From positions 1 to 32,581 of the IMG/VR virus record IMGVR_UViG_3300003965_000017: DNA of 32,581 nt. One strand, 5' to 3'. The DNA is from a virus. Its lineage: Duplodnaviria; Caudoviricetes. Below are positions 1 through 8,118 of this stretch, piece by piece. The position numbers were made by a program, and so were the translations under genes. The notes under the pieces are model-generated. The model saw only the letters and a list, made by a program, of their open reading frames with translations. It searched no databases and had not been told where the DNA came from. Within the stretch, counting starts at the first letter, position 1. Every line of letters begins with the position of its first letter.

Positions 1-393
1 ATGCACGACCCACGGCTCGCCGGGCGCCGCGTCCTCATCATCGAGGACAATTTCTATCAGGCCGAGGACACCCGCGAAAGCCTCGTAGGCGCCGGGGCCG
101 TGGTCGCCGCATGCCGCGCGACGCCCCCTGACCTCGATGATCTGCTGGCGCACACGCCGGTCGATATTGCCCTGCTCGACATCAATCTCGGCCAGAACCG
201 GTCCTTTGACCTTGCCCGGGCCCTGCTTGGGCGGGGTATCCCCTGCGTGTTCCTGACCGGCTATGATCCCAGCGTCGTGCCGCCCGATCTTGCCGCCGCG
301 GCAGTGATCGCCAAGCCTGCCGACACCGGGTGCCTGATCGATGGGCTCGCCAGCCGGCTGGCGGCAAGCCGCGCGCAGGACGCGCCTGCCTGA
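1..393 (+). CDS. Single-domain response regulator (CheY-like receiver), host gene
   Basis: Receiver motifs: VLIIEDN acidic pocket, IALLDINLG phospho-Asp, FLTGY, and KP. Confidence 0.9.
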   Translation: MHDPRLAGRRVLIIEDNFYQAEDTRESLVGAGAVVAACRATPPDLDDLLAHTPVDIALLDINLGQNRSFDLARALLGRGIPCVFLTGYDPSVVPPDLAAAAVIAKPADTGCLIDGLASRLAASRAQDAPA

Positions 394-422
394 CCTGCCG
401 CGCCGCCCCGCATCAAGGGGTG

Positions 423-451
423 TTGACCGCCCGCCGCCGATCGTGCCATTG
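423..451 (+). promoter_or_regulatory. Possible sigma70 promoter for the tRNA
   Basis: TTGACC at 423-428 and GCCATT at 445-450, about 35 nt upstream of the tRNA. Weak match only. Confidence 0.3.
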
Positions 452-485
452 GGCACCCGCGCGGCCCATGATAGCGCAAGCCGAC

Positions 486-559
486 GCGGGTGTAGCTCAA
501 TGGTAGAGCAGAAGCTTCCCAAGCTTACGACGAGGGTTCGATTCCCTTCACCCGCTCCA
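486..559 (+). tRNA. tRNA-Gly(CCC)
   Basis: GCGGGTG/CACCCGC acceptor stem, D-arm AGCTCAATGGTAGAGC, anticodon loop TTCCCAA (CCC at 518-520), T-arm GGTTCGATTCC, encoded CCA end. Closely resembles E. coli glyU. Confidence 0.97.
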
Positions 560-714
560 CCTTTAGAGTAAGTGGGCCATCTCGGCCCCCGCGCGCATTG
601 ATCTGCAGCGCCCAGACCCGAGCCGAGCCATGTCAGACTGATTGCGCCTCCGATCGCGAGAAATCGCGGAAATGCGTGGCCAGCTTTTAAGTGCCGGGTA
701 TGCACGGGGATGAC

Positions 715-955
715 GTAACATTCCTAACATCCGTTCTGTTTCAGATACTTAAGACCTAATATTTTTGTAATATCGATGTAACCAGATTAGGTCCCTTAGG
801 TGTAATTTTCTCGGCTAGAAAACCACAATGAAATCAATGATGTTATATCTGAGGCCGAAAAATATTAGGTCAGATTACACCTCCACCCTAACCTGCAGAA
901 TGGCTGATTTCTGCGGGTTTCGAGGCCAGAATCTGGACAGATTACAAATGTTAGG
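715..955. repeat. AT-rich iteron/inverted-repeat array, putative phage replication origin
   Basis: Perfect inverted repeats GACCTAATATTTTT (753-766)/AAAAATATTAGGTC (858-871), AGGTGTAAT (798-806)/ATTACACCT (874-882) and CCTAACAT (723-730)/ATGTTAGG (948-955). CAGATTA occurs three times (783, 871, 938) and there are about a dozen STAAY pentamers. The origin role is inferred. Confidence 0.6.
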
Positions 956-1040
956 CCTTCCCCCACCATACCCGGCTCTGTAGCCGCGAGCGGCGGTCGC
1001 CCAGATTGCATAATCCGACACGCGAAAGCCGAAGGCGTGG

Positions 1041-1394
1041 CGTGACCTTGTCGACGACAAGTACTTCAACATCGCCCAGAAGACCGGGGCGACTGCGACC
1101 GAGGTCGAGGCGACCGATCGCATCATCCGTTCCGAGAAGATGCTCGGCGGCCTTCCGGCCATGCGGGTGAGCAGCTTCCCGGGCAATGCCCTGCTGATCA
1201 CCAAGCTCAGCAACCTGTCGATCTACTGGCAGGAAGAGACGCGGCGCCGGCAGCTGGTCGATGAGCCGGAGTTCGATCGCGTCGCGAACTATGAATCGGT
1301 CAACGAAGCCTACGTGGTCGAGGAATACGAGATCGCCTCGTTGGTCGAAAACATCGTCATCGGCAAGGCGCCGGCGCGCCCGGCCGCACCGTAA
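1041..1394 (+). pseudogene. gpN: P2-family major capsid protein, C-terminal fragment only
   Basis: The frame reads RDLVDDKYF...GGLPAMRVSSFPGNALLITKLSNLSIYWQEETRRR...DRVANYESVNEAYVVEEY, the typical gpN C-terminus. In-frame TAA at 1011-1013 upstream and no 5' part of the gene. Confidence 0.9.
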
Positions 1395-1548
1395 TATTCG
1401 AGGGGCGCTGACGGGCGGCGGCTGACATCCGGGTCGGCGCCGCCAAGAGCCCAGAGCATAGCGGAGAGGCTCCGGTATTCAGGACCGGCCAGCCAGCGTC
1501 CGCCCCCGCCGCCGGATAGAGCGGGGTTCAATTCTGGAGGTGATGCGC

Positions 1549-2280
1549 ATGTCCTACAGTCCCGCCCTTCGCAACCGCCAGCGCAAGCTCGCCGCGCTCG
1601 CCGGCACCGCGCTCACCGCCGTGGCCCTCGCCGAGCCCGATCCCGAAAGCGCTTCCGGGCAGGAATACGCCACCCTGCGCGCCGTTCTGCATGACAACCT
1701 GCGCAAGCTGCAGGACGTCGAAAGCCACGAAGCGCGGATCCCGATGAAGCGGGGTTTCATGACCGATTTCGCCCCGTGGATCACGGGCGTGCTCGAAGCC
1801 GACAAGCCGGTGCAGGACGAAATCCTCATGACCAACCTGGTCTGGGCGATCGACTGCAGCGAGTTCGACCTCGCGCTGATGCTCGGCCGCTTCGCGCTCA
1901 AGCACGGCCTTGCCCTGCCGGAACGCTACAGCCGCACCACCGCATGCTTCCTGCGCGAGGACATCGCCGAGTTCGCGCTGGCCCAGCCCGGCGCCGTGCC
2001 GCACGAAATCCTGGTCGAGATCGACCAGCTCACCGCCGGCGCCGACATGCCCGATGCCGCCAAGGCCAAGCTCGACAAGGCACTGGGCCGCAGCTGGCTC
2101 GTGAAGGCGGAAGACTTCGACCCCAGCGACGAAACCGGCCCGGCCGGCGGCGCGGCGGCCTTCGCCTCGCAGGGGCTCACCCACCTTCAGCGCGCCCTGA
2201 AGCTCAACGCCAAGGTCGGCGTGAAGAAGGACATCGAGCGCGCGGAAAAGCTGCTGCGCGATCTGGCGCCGAAGGACTGA
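1549..2280 (+). CDS. gpM: P2-family terminase endonuclease (small) subunit
   Basis: QDEILMTNLVWAIDC, ADMPDAAKAKLDKALG, ALKLNAKVGVKKDIER motifs. Follows N; GGAGG SD upstream. Confidence 0.9.
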   Translation: MSYSPALRNRQRKLAALAGTALTAVALAEPDPESASGQEYATLRAVLHDNLRKLQDVESHEARIPMKRGFMTDFAPWITGVLEADKPVQDEILMTNLVWAIDCSEFDLALMLGRFALKHGLALPERYSRTTACFLREDIAEFALAQPGAVPHEILVEIDQLTAGADMPDAAKAKLDKALGRSWLVKAEDFDPSDETGPAGGAAAFASQGLTHLQRALKLNAKVGVKKDIERAEKLLRDLAPKD

Positions 2281-2320
2281 ATTTCCGGCGTTGCGCCGGC
2301 ACGATGCGCCCCACCAGGCC

Positions 2321-2388
2321 GGGGAGGGCGGACAGGATGGCAACCCGGCACAGCCCGCGGATTGTCCACTCCTGTCCTCACCCTCCCC
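2321..2388 (+). other. Long imperfect RNA hairpin in the M-L intergenic region
   Basis: GGGGAGGG (2321-2328) pairs with CCCTCCCC (2381-2388) and GGACAGGA (2330-2337) with TCCTGTCC (2370-2377), with further inner pairing. Confidence 0.6.
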
Positions 2389-2455
2389 TTACCGGGGGCC
2401 AAACCTGAAGGGAGGTGATCATGTCCGCCGGTGCCGATGAACTGGGTGCGACCCG

Positions 2456-2962
2456 ATGACCGGCCTCACCGCGCCGCCCGACAACTACGTGCCCACCGGG
2501 ATCACGGTCCAAGCCGATGGCTGGTTCCCCGCCACCTCGACCGAGGACGTGCGCCGCGCGATCCGCATGGGCGAAGGCACGGTGACCGATCAGCGCCTGG
2601 TGCAGGCGATCGAGGGCGGCATTCTCTCCGGCCTGCGCGCGCTCCACGACTGGCGCACTGCCCGCGCGCTGGAAGGTGCGGAAAGCCTCGCCGACGTGAC
2701 CGAGGACAAGATCAACGGCAAGAACAAGGCCGAGCTGATCTGGCAGCGCGTCGTCACCTTCTATGCCGCGGCTGAGCTCGCCGACATGCACGTCGATGTC
2801 AGCGCCACGGACGAAGCGATCGACCGCAACGAGGAAAAGCGCGACACCGCCGGGATCTACCGCACCAAGGCCTACGATGCGGTCGCCGATCTGCGCGCGA
2901 TCGGCGCGGCCGATGCCAATGCGAAGGCGCTGGCGGCGCGCAACCGCGTGGAGCTGATCTGA
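2456..2962 (+). CDS. gpL: Head completion/stabilization protein
   Basis: DGWFP...RRAIR...VT..RL, YAAAEL, AVADLR...RVELI C-terminus; position after M. Confidence 0.88.
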   Translation: MTGLTAPPDNYVPTGITVQADGWFPATSTEDVRRAIRMGEGTVTDQRLVQAIEGGILSGLRALHDWRTARALEGAESLADVTEDKINGKNKAELIWQRVVTFYAAAELADMHVDVSATDEAIDRNEEKRDTAGIYRTKAYDAVADLRAIGAADANAKALAARNRVELI

Positions 2963-2964
2963 CC

Positions 2965-3183
2965 ATGATCGCCATCGCGCAGGCAGGCGAAACGCTCGAT
3001 GCGATCTGCTGGCGTGTGCTCGGCCGGACCGAAGGCGTGACCGAGCAGGCTTACGAGCTGAACCGCGATCTGGCGGTTCTCGGCCCGAACCTGCCCGGCG
3101 GCACGCGCGTGATCCTTCCCGATCTCACGCCCGCCGCGTCCGCCGCGCCGCCCCGCCGGGCGACCGTGAAACTGTGGGACTAG
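2965..3183 (+). CDS. gpX: Tail protein X (LysM-like)
   Basis: AQAGETLDAICWRVLG...VTEQAYELN..LA..GP.LP.GT.V.LP...VKLWD. Confidence 0.92.
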   Translation: MIAIAQAGETLDAICWRVLGRTEGVTEQAYELNRDLAVLGPNLPGGTRVILPDLTPAASAAPPRRATVKLWD

Positions 3184-3187
3184 ACCA

Positions 3188-3667
3188 GTGAGCAAGCTGA
3201 AATCCCTGCGGGCCGCGCTGATCGCTGCCATCCCCGAACTGCGCAACGAACCCTCGCGCCTGAAGCTGTGGATCGAGAACGGCGCGGTGCGCGCGCGCGG
3301 AACCGCCAACCACGGCTTTGCCCTCCAATATCCGCTTTCCGTGCTGATCGAGGAAGCGAAGACCGATATCGCGATCATCGCGCTTGCCATAACCCGCTGG
3401 CTGCGGATCAATCAGCCCGATCTGCTGAGCCCCAGTGGCGACAGCTTCCGGTTCGAAAGCGACATCCTCGATGTCACCTCCGCCGACATCCTGTTCACGA
3501 TCGACCTCACCGAAAACATCGCCGTCGCGCCCCGGCCCGACGGCAGCTGGCAGGTGACCTATCTCGATGAACCCAACCCGATGTTCGAAGATCCGCTGGG
3601 CCTCGGCGGGGTCGATCCCATTCCGCTGCTGGCGGAGGTGAGGCTGTCGGACAGCGCGAATGGCTGA
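3188..3667 (+). CDS. gpR: Tail completion protein R
   Basis: KLKSLRAAL.AAIPEL...P..L, WLRINQPDLL, DI.FTIDLTE motifs; GTG start. Confidence 0.88.
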   Translation: MSKLKSLRAALIAAIPELRNEPSRLKLWIENGAVRARGTANHGFALQYPLSVLIEEAKTDIAIIALAITRWLRINQPDLLSPSGDSFRFESDILDVTSADILFTIDLTENIAVAPRPDGSWQVTYLDEPNPMFEDPLGLGGVDPIPLLAEVRLSDSANG

Positions 3668-4142
3668 TTACGATTCCGATGCGCTCGCCGCGCTCGACCA
3701 GTGGTTCGGGCAGGTGCTCGAAGGGCTTTCCCCGGCGAAGCGCAAGCAGGCGGCAATGAAGCTCGGCAAGGCGCTGCGCAGGTCTAACCTCGATCGCATC
3801 GCCCGCAACGTCGAACCGGATGGCGGGCCCATGGAGAAACGCAAGGCCCGGCTCGACCAGCGCGGCCGGGTGCGTCGCAAGGCCGGGGGGAAAATGTTCC
3901 GCAAGCTGCGCCTCGCGCGCAATTTCCGGGTCACCGCCACTGCCGACAGCGTCGAGATCGCTCCGGTCGGCGGGGCAGCCAAGATCGGGCGGGAACACCA
4001 CTTCGGCCTGCGCGGCTTTGTCGGCCGTGCGCCCGATGGCGCCAAGGTCTACACCCGCTTCCCCGAACGGCGCTTGCTCGGCTTCGCGGATCAGGATAGC
4101 GATCTGGTGCTGGATGTGGTGGCCGATTTGTTCGACCTCTAA
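3660..4142 (+). CDS. gpS: Virion morphogenesis / tail completion protein S
   Basis: LRRSN..RIA.N..PDG.P...RK, MFRKLR, HHFGL, PERRLLG motifs. Confidence 0.9.
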   Translation: MADYDSDALAALDQWFGQVLEGLSPAKRKQAAMKLGKALRRSNLDRIARNVEPDGGPMEKRKARLDQRGRVRRKAGGKMFRKLRLARNFRVTATADSVEIAPVGGAAKIGREHHFGLRGFVGRAPDGAKVYTRFPERRLLGFADQDSDLVLDVVADLFDL

Positions 4143-4155
4143 GCAGCCCGGCTTC

Positions 4156-4220
4156 GGTGGAACCGGCTTCCACCTGCCGCGACCCTTCCCTTCGCGCGCG
4201 CGTGAAGGGCAGGTGGCCCC
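4156..4220 (+). promoter_or_regulatory. Putative Ogr-activated late promoter upstream of J
   Basis: Dyad GGTGGAA-CCGGC-TTCCACC (4156-4174), 18 nt spacer, then CGCGCGCGCG. Dyad centred about 56 nt before the ATG; the same layout recurs before W. Confidence 0.55.
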
Positions 4221-5150
4221 ATGGCCAGTTCCCCGCTCATCTCGACCGGCAGCAGCGCGAACGTGATCGACCTGTCGCGCCTGCCGCCGCCGGCGGTGAT
4301 CGAGGCGCTCGACTTCGAAACGATCTACGCCGCCAACCTCGCCTGGTTCTCCGCCGCGATCGCGGACACCGGCGGCACCTTCGATGCCACCGTCGAGAGC
4401 GATCCGGTGGTCATCCTGCTGCAGGCTGTGTCCTACCGCGAGCTGGTGCTGCGCCAGCGGGTGAACGACGCGGCCCGCGCGGTGATGGTCGCCTATGCCC
4501 AAGGGCCCGATCTGGATGCGCTGGGCGCGCTGCTCGGCGTTGCGCGGTCCGTCATCACGCCGGCCGACCCGCCCAACGATGTGGCCGAGGTGCTGGAAAG
4601 CGACAGCGATTTTCGCCGCCGCATCGTGCTCGCGCCCGAAGGGTTTTCGGTGGCCGGCCCGGAAGGCGCCTACATCTTCCACGCGATCTCCGCCTCGCCT
4701 GACGTGCGCGATGCCTCGGTGATCAGCCCCGAGCCTGGCGAGGTTGTGGTCACCATCCTTTCGCGCACGGGCAGCGGCGAGCCTTCGCCCGAACTGATCG
4801 CCACGGTCGAGGCCGCCCTGTCCGATGATGACATGCGCCCACTGACGGACCTGGTCACCGTCAACCCGGCCGAAATCATCCCCTTCACGGTCGAAGCGGA
4901 CATCACCTTCTTCGCCGGGCCCGATCGGGCGGTGGTGCTCGCCGCGGCCCGCGCCCAGCTCGACGATCATCTTGCCGAGAGCCGGCGTCTCGGCCGCGAC
5001 GTGACGAGGGCGGGCATCATCGCGGCACTGAAGCGCGAAGGCGTGCAGAACGTCATCCTGACGGCGCCCGCCGCCGATATCGCCATGACCCGGCTGCAGG
5101 CCGGCTTCTGCACCGGGATCACGCTGGTCGACGGGGGCGTCGCCGAATGA
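4221..5150 (+). CDS. gpJ: Baseplate assembly protein J
   Basis: IDLSRLPPP.VIE.LDFE, ESDP, RQRVNDAA, ESD.DFRRR, SVAGPEGAY.FHA, RPLTD.V.V. Confidence 0.95.
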   Translation: MASSPLISTGSSANVIDLSRLPPPAVIEALDFETIYAANLAWFSAAIADTGGTFDATVESDPVVILLQAVSYRELVLRQRVNDAARAVMVAYAQGPDLDALGALLGVARSVITPADPPNDVAEVLESDSDFRRRIVLAPEGFSVAGPEGAYIFHAISASPDVRDASVISPEPGEVVVTILSRTGSGEPSPELIATVEAALSDDDMRPLTDLVTVNPAEIIPFTVEADITFFAGPDRAVVLAAARAQLDDHLAESRRLGRDVTRAGIIAALKREGVQNVILTAPAADIAMTRLQAGFCTGITLVDGGVAE

Positions 5151-5704
5151 GCGCCGACAGCATCCTTCCGCCGAATTCGACCTTGCTCGAACGCGCGATC
5201 GAGCAGCTGACCGCGATGCGGTTCGGCGCGATCGGCACGCCGCTGCGCACGCTGTGGTCGCCGGCCGATTGCCCCGAAGACCTGCTGCCCTGGCTCGCCT
5301 GGACGCTGTCGATCGACCAGTGGGATTCCAGCTGGCCGGTGGCCGTGCGCCGCGCCCGCATCGCCAGCGCGATCGCGGTGCAGCGGCGCAAGGGGACGCG
5401 CCAGTCTGTGGTCGACGTGGTCCGTTCCTTCGGCGGCAACATCGCGATCCGCGAATGGTTCGAGGAAACGCCGCCTGCACCGCCGCACACCTTCAGCCTC
5501 ACACTCGGCCTTAGCGACGGCGCCGGCGGCGCGCCGGCCGCGGCGTTCGTCGACGCGGTGATCGCCGAGGTTGCGCGCACCAAGCCCGCCCGCAGCCACT
5601 TCACCTTCGCGCTGGCGACCGCCGCACGCGCCCGCATCGGCCTGCGCAGTGCCGGCCGCGCCGCCGTCTATGCGCGCCTGCCCTGCAGGGCGGCGGCCGC
5701 CTGA
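5147..5704 (+). CDS. gpI: Tail protein I
   Basis: LPPNST.LER, LW.P..CP..LLPWLAW.LSID.W, RKGT, EWFE, KPARSH. Confidence 0.95.
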   Translation: MSADSILPPNSTLLERAIEQLTAMRFGAIGTPLRTLWSPADCPEDLLPWLAWTLSIDQWDSSWPVAVRRARIASAIAVQRRKGTRQSVVDVVRSFGGNIAIREWFEETPPAPPHTFSLTLGLSDGAGGAPAAAFVDAVIAEVARTKPARSHFTFALATAARARIGLRSAGRAAVYARLPCRAAAA

Positions 5705-5717
5705 CAGAGGAACCAGC

Positions 5718-7367
5718 ATGGCCTTCGAAATCACCATCACCAACGCCGGCCGCGCCGCTCTGGTCAATGGCGCGAACACGGGCACGCTCCCGGTGGTCAT
5801 CGCCGCGATCGGCCTGTCGTCGAGCGGTGTGGCGCCGAGCCCCGCCGCGGTGAGCCTGCCGGGCGAATTCAAGCGGGTGCCCACGATCGCGGGCGAAGTG
5901 GTGGCTGATGACACGATCCATGTCACGCTGCGCGACGACAGCGCCGACGCCTATGAGCTGCGCTCGCTTGGCCTCTATCTCGAAAACGGCACCCTTTTCG
6001 CCCTTTACGGCCAGAGCACGCCGATCCTCGAAAAGACCGCCGGTTCCATCGCGCTGGTCGCCATCGATGTGATCTTTGCCGACATCGCGGCGGCCGCGAT
6101 CAGTTTCGGCAGCACCGATTTCACCAATCCGCCAGCCACCACCGAACGGCTCGGCGTGGTCGAGCTCGCCACCACGGCCGAAGCCCAGACGGGCGACGAC
6201 ACCACCCGCGCTATCACCCCGGCGACCGGCAAGGCCTCGGCCCCGCAGTGGCTGTTCCGCCGCCCGGTGCACTTCACCACCGTGATCGCCGAAACGCCGG
6301 GCGACGAATCCTCGGGCGCGATCAGGCTGGCGGGCAATGCCGGCACCCAGCGCGCGCACCTTCAGGTGCTAAGCCCCGATCTCGCCGCCCAGTGGGGCTT
6401 CTGGCGCTTCACACCCACCGGCGAGGCAGGCTGGAACGGGGCGGCGGGCCTGCGCAACAACGGCCATGTCGTCTGGCACGCGGGCAATGACGGTGCGGCC
6501 AGCGGGCTCGATGCCGATCTGCTCGACGGGGAACAGGGCAGCTTCTACACCAACATCCCGGCCCGGCTCGGCTACACCCCGGTGAACCGCGCAGGCGACA
6601 CGATCACGGGCGTCCTGCGCCTGATCTCCACCGTCATCTTCGGCGCCCCGGCGATCGGCCCCAGCATCACGATCATTTCGCCCAACCGCCTTTCGCTGTT
6701 CAACGACGATTCGGTCAACGAACGCTTCTCGCTTTCCGCGAACGGCTATCTCAACGTCGCCGGCGCGCGGGACATCGGCAGCAATGCCGACATCCAGGGC
6801 AGCGGGAACCTGCGCGTCTTCGCACGGACCCCGGGCGGCCAGGCGATCAGCACCTACGACACCCAGAACTACACCGCCGTGCAATTCGTTCGGGATCTGG
6901 CCGGCTCGCCCACCCAGGTGGGTTCGATCACCTGCAGCGAAACGGCGACCGCCTACAACACCAGCTCCGATTACCGGCTGAAGGAGGATCTGCGCCCGGT
7001 CGAGGATCCGATCGAGCGGCTGAAGCGCCTGCGGCCGGTGAACTTTGCATGGAAAGGCAGCGACGTGCGCGCCGATGGCTTCATCGCGCACGAGCTGGCC
7101 GAGGTGATCCCCGGCGCGGTCACCGGCCAAAAGGACGGGATGCGCGAGATCGAGGAGGTGATCTCGCCTGCCACCCTGCCCGGCGAGGATGCGCGCGGCC
7201 GGCCCCGCAAGGGCAAGCCCGCCAAGGTCCGCAAGCGGTTGGTCCCGGATTACCAGGGCATCGATCAGGCCAAGATCGTGCCCTTGCTCACCGCCGCGCT
7301 GATCGAGGCGGTCGAGCGGATCGAAGCGCTCGAAGCGCGTCTGGCCACCCAAGGAGACAGCGAATGA
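5718..7367 (+). CDS. gpH: Tail fibre with C-terminal peptidase S74 intramolecular chaperone
   Basis: N-terminal baseplate-anchor region (ITNAGRAAL), ATTERLGVVELATTAE repeat, SGLDADLLDG motif, and S74 signature SDYRLKED...GFIAHEL.EV.P.AV...IVPLL. SD AGAGGA before ATG 5718. Confidence 0.88.
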   Translation: MAFEITITNAGRAALVNGANTGTLPVVIAAIGLSSSGVAPSPAAVSLPGEFKRVPTIAGEVVADDTIHVTLRDDSADAYELRSLGLYLENGTLFALYGQSTPILEKTAGSIALVAIDVIFADIAAAAISFGSTDFTNPPATTERLGVVELATTAEAQTGDDTTRAITPATGKASAPQWLFRRPVHFTTVIAETPGDESSGAIRLAGNAGTQRAHLQVLSPDLAAQWGFWRFTPTGEAGWNGAAGLRNNGHVVWHAGNDGAASGLDADLLDGEQGSFYTNIPARLGYTPVNRAGDTITGVLRLISTVIFGAPAIGPSITIISPNRLSLFNDDSVNERFSLSANGYLNVAGARDIGSNADIQGSGNLRVFARTPGGQAISTYDTQNYTAVQFVRDLAGSPTQVGSITCSETATAYNTSSDYRLKEDLRPVEDPIERLKRLRPVNFAWKGSDVRADGFIAHELAEVIPGAVTGQKDGMREIEEVISPATLPGEDARGRPRKGKPAKVRKRLVPDYQGIDQAKIVPLLTAALIEAVERIEALEARLATQGDSE

Positions 7368-7465
7368 TCGGACGAATGACCCTCTTGATCGGGGGCAGGG
7401 TGATCCCCGCGCGCCTGGTCTTTCACTGCCACCCTGCTGCCGGGGGTGCGCGCCGTGGTGCATGA
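7364..7465 (+). CDS. Possible 33-aa small protein (MIGRMTLLIGG...)
   Basis: ATGA overlap with the fibre stop codon and AAGGAG SD; no recognisable homology. Confidence 0.3.
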   Translation: MIGRMTLLIGGRVIPARLVFHCHPAAGGARRGA

Positions 7466-7829
7466 ACTGAAAGTCCAGACGATCAGCGCCGGCATGGCGG
7501 GGATCAGCGCCGTGATGGGCTTCGCAGCGCCATGGCCGCATGTCGTGGCCGGGCTGTTCTTCGCCATCGCGGGCGGCTTCGTCGGGATGACCGTGTCCCC
7601 CTCGACCGAACGGCTTGCCCTGCCGCTGACCGTGATCGTGGCGCTGGTGATTGGCGTGTTCGCCGGGATCTCCCACCCGCATTTCGCCGGCGGCGGAAGC
7701 TGGATCGCATGGATATCCGTCTTGCCGGTGCAGCTGGTGATGGGGGTGGCGGGGCTCGCTTCCCCATGGCTCGCCAGGCGCGCTGCTGCCGGCGACATGT
7801 CGCTGCCGTGGAAAGGTGGTGCGCGGTGA
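7455..7829 (+). CDS. Multi-pass membrane protein, putative holin
   Basis: About 4 hydrophobic segments; first gene of the lysis cassette; GTG start after GGGGGT. Confidence 0.6.
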   Translation: MVHELKVQTISAGMAGISAVMGFAAPWPHVVAGLFFAIAGGFVGMTVSPSTERLALPLTVIVALVIGVFAGISHPHFAGGGSWIAWISVLPVQLVMGVAGLASPWLARRAAAGDMSLPWKGGAR

Positions 7830-8116
7830 TGACCCTCCTCACGATCGCCGATCTGGCGCTGGCCGCCGCGTTGTTCTGGCATTCGGCCAACAGCCCCGAT
7901 CGCGATCCGGGCCTGCGCGCGATGCTCTACGCCTTTGCCTTCGCCGCCATGTGCTTTGGCACGGCCCGGTTCCTGACTCTGTTCGGCGCCGATCCTGCCG
8001 AGTGGCGCTGGATGATCAACCTCGGTCACCTTTCCCTGATCGCCTTCGGGATCATGTGGGTGGCCCGCGAAACCGGCCGCATGGCCATGCTGAAAAGCCA
8101 GGGAGGAGGAAGCTGA
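7829..8116 (+). CDS. 3-TM membrane protein, putative holin/antiholin
   Basis: Hydrophobic segments; coupled to the upstream stop (TGATG); directly precedes the endolysin. Confidence 0.55.
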   Translation: MTLLTIADLALAAALFWHSANSPDRDPGLRAMLYAFAFAAMCFGTARFLTLFGADPAEWRWMINLGHLSLIAFGIMWVARETGRMAMLKSQGGGS

Positions 8117-8118
8117 CC

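Noticed and set aside
341-571. 76-aa ORF overlapping the tRNA
   Set aside because: It is a translation of tRNA-Gly and its leader, not a plausible protein.
715-955. Possible CRISPR array
   Set aside because: Repeats are 5-14 bp, in both orientations and irregularly spaced, and there are no cas genes.
1003-1030. GCATAA-containing stretch resembling the XerC arm of a dif site near the deletion junction
   Set aside because: No XerD arm (TTATG...) at the 6-bp spacing, so a site cannot be supported.
560-1040. P2 cos site
   Set aside because: No match noticed to the P2 cohesive end GGCGAGGCGGGGAAAGCAC; it may have been lost with the portal region.
3507-5480. 657-aa minus-strand ORF
   Set aside because: Antisense shadow of S/J/I caused by high-GC codon bias; no motifs.
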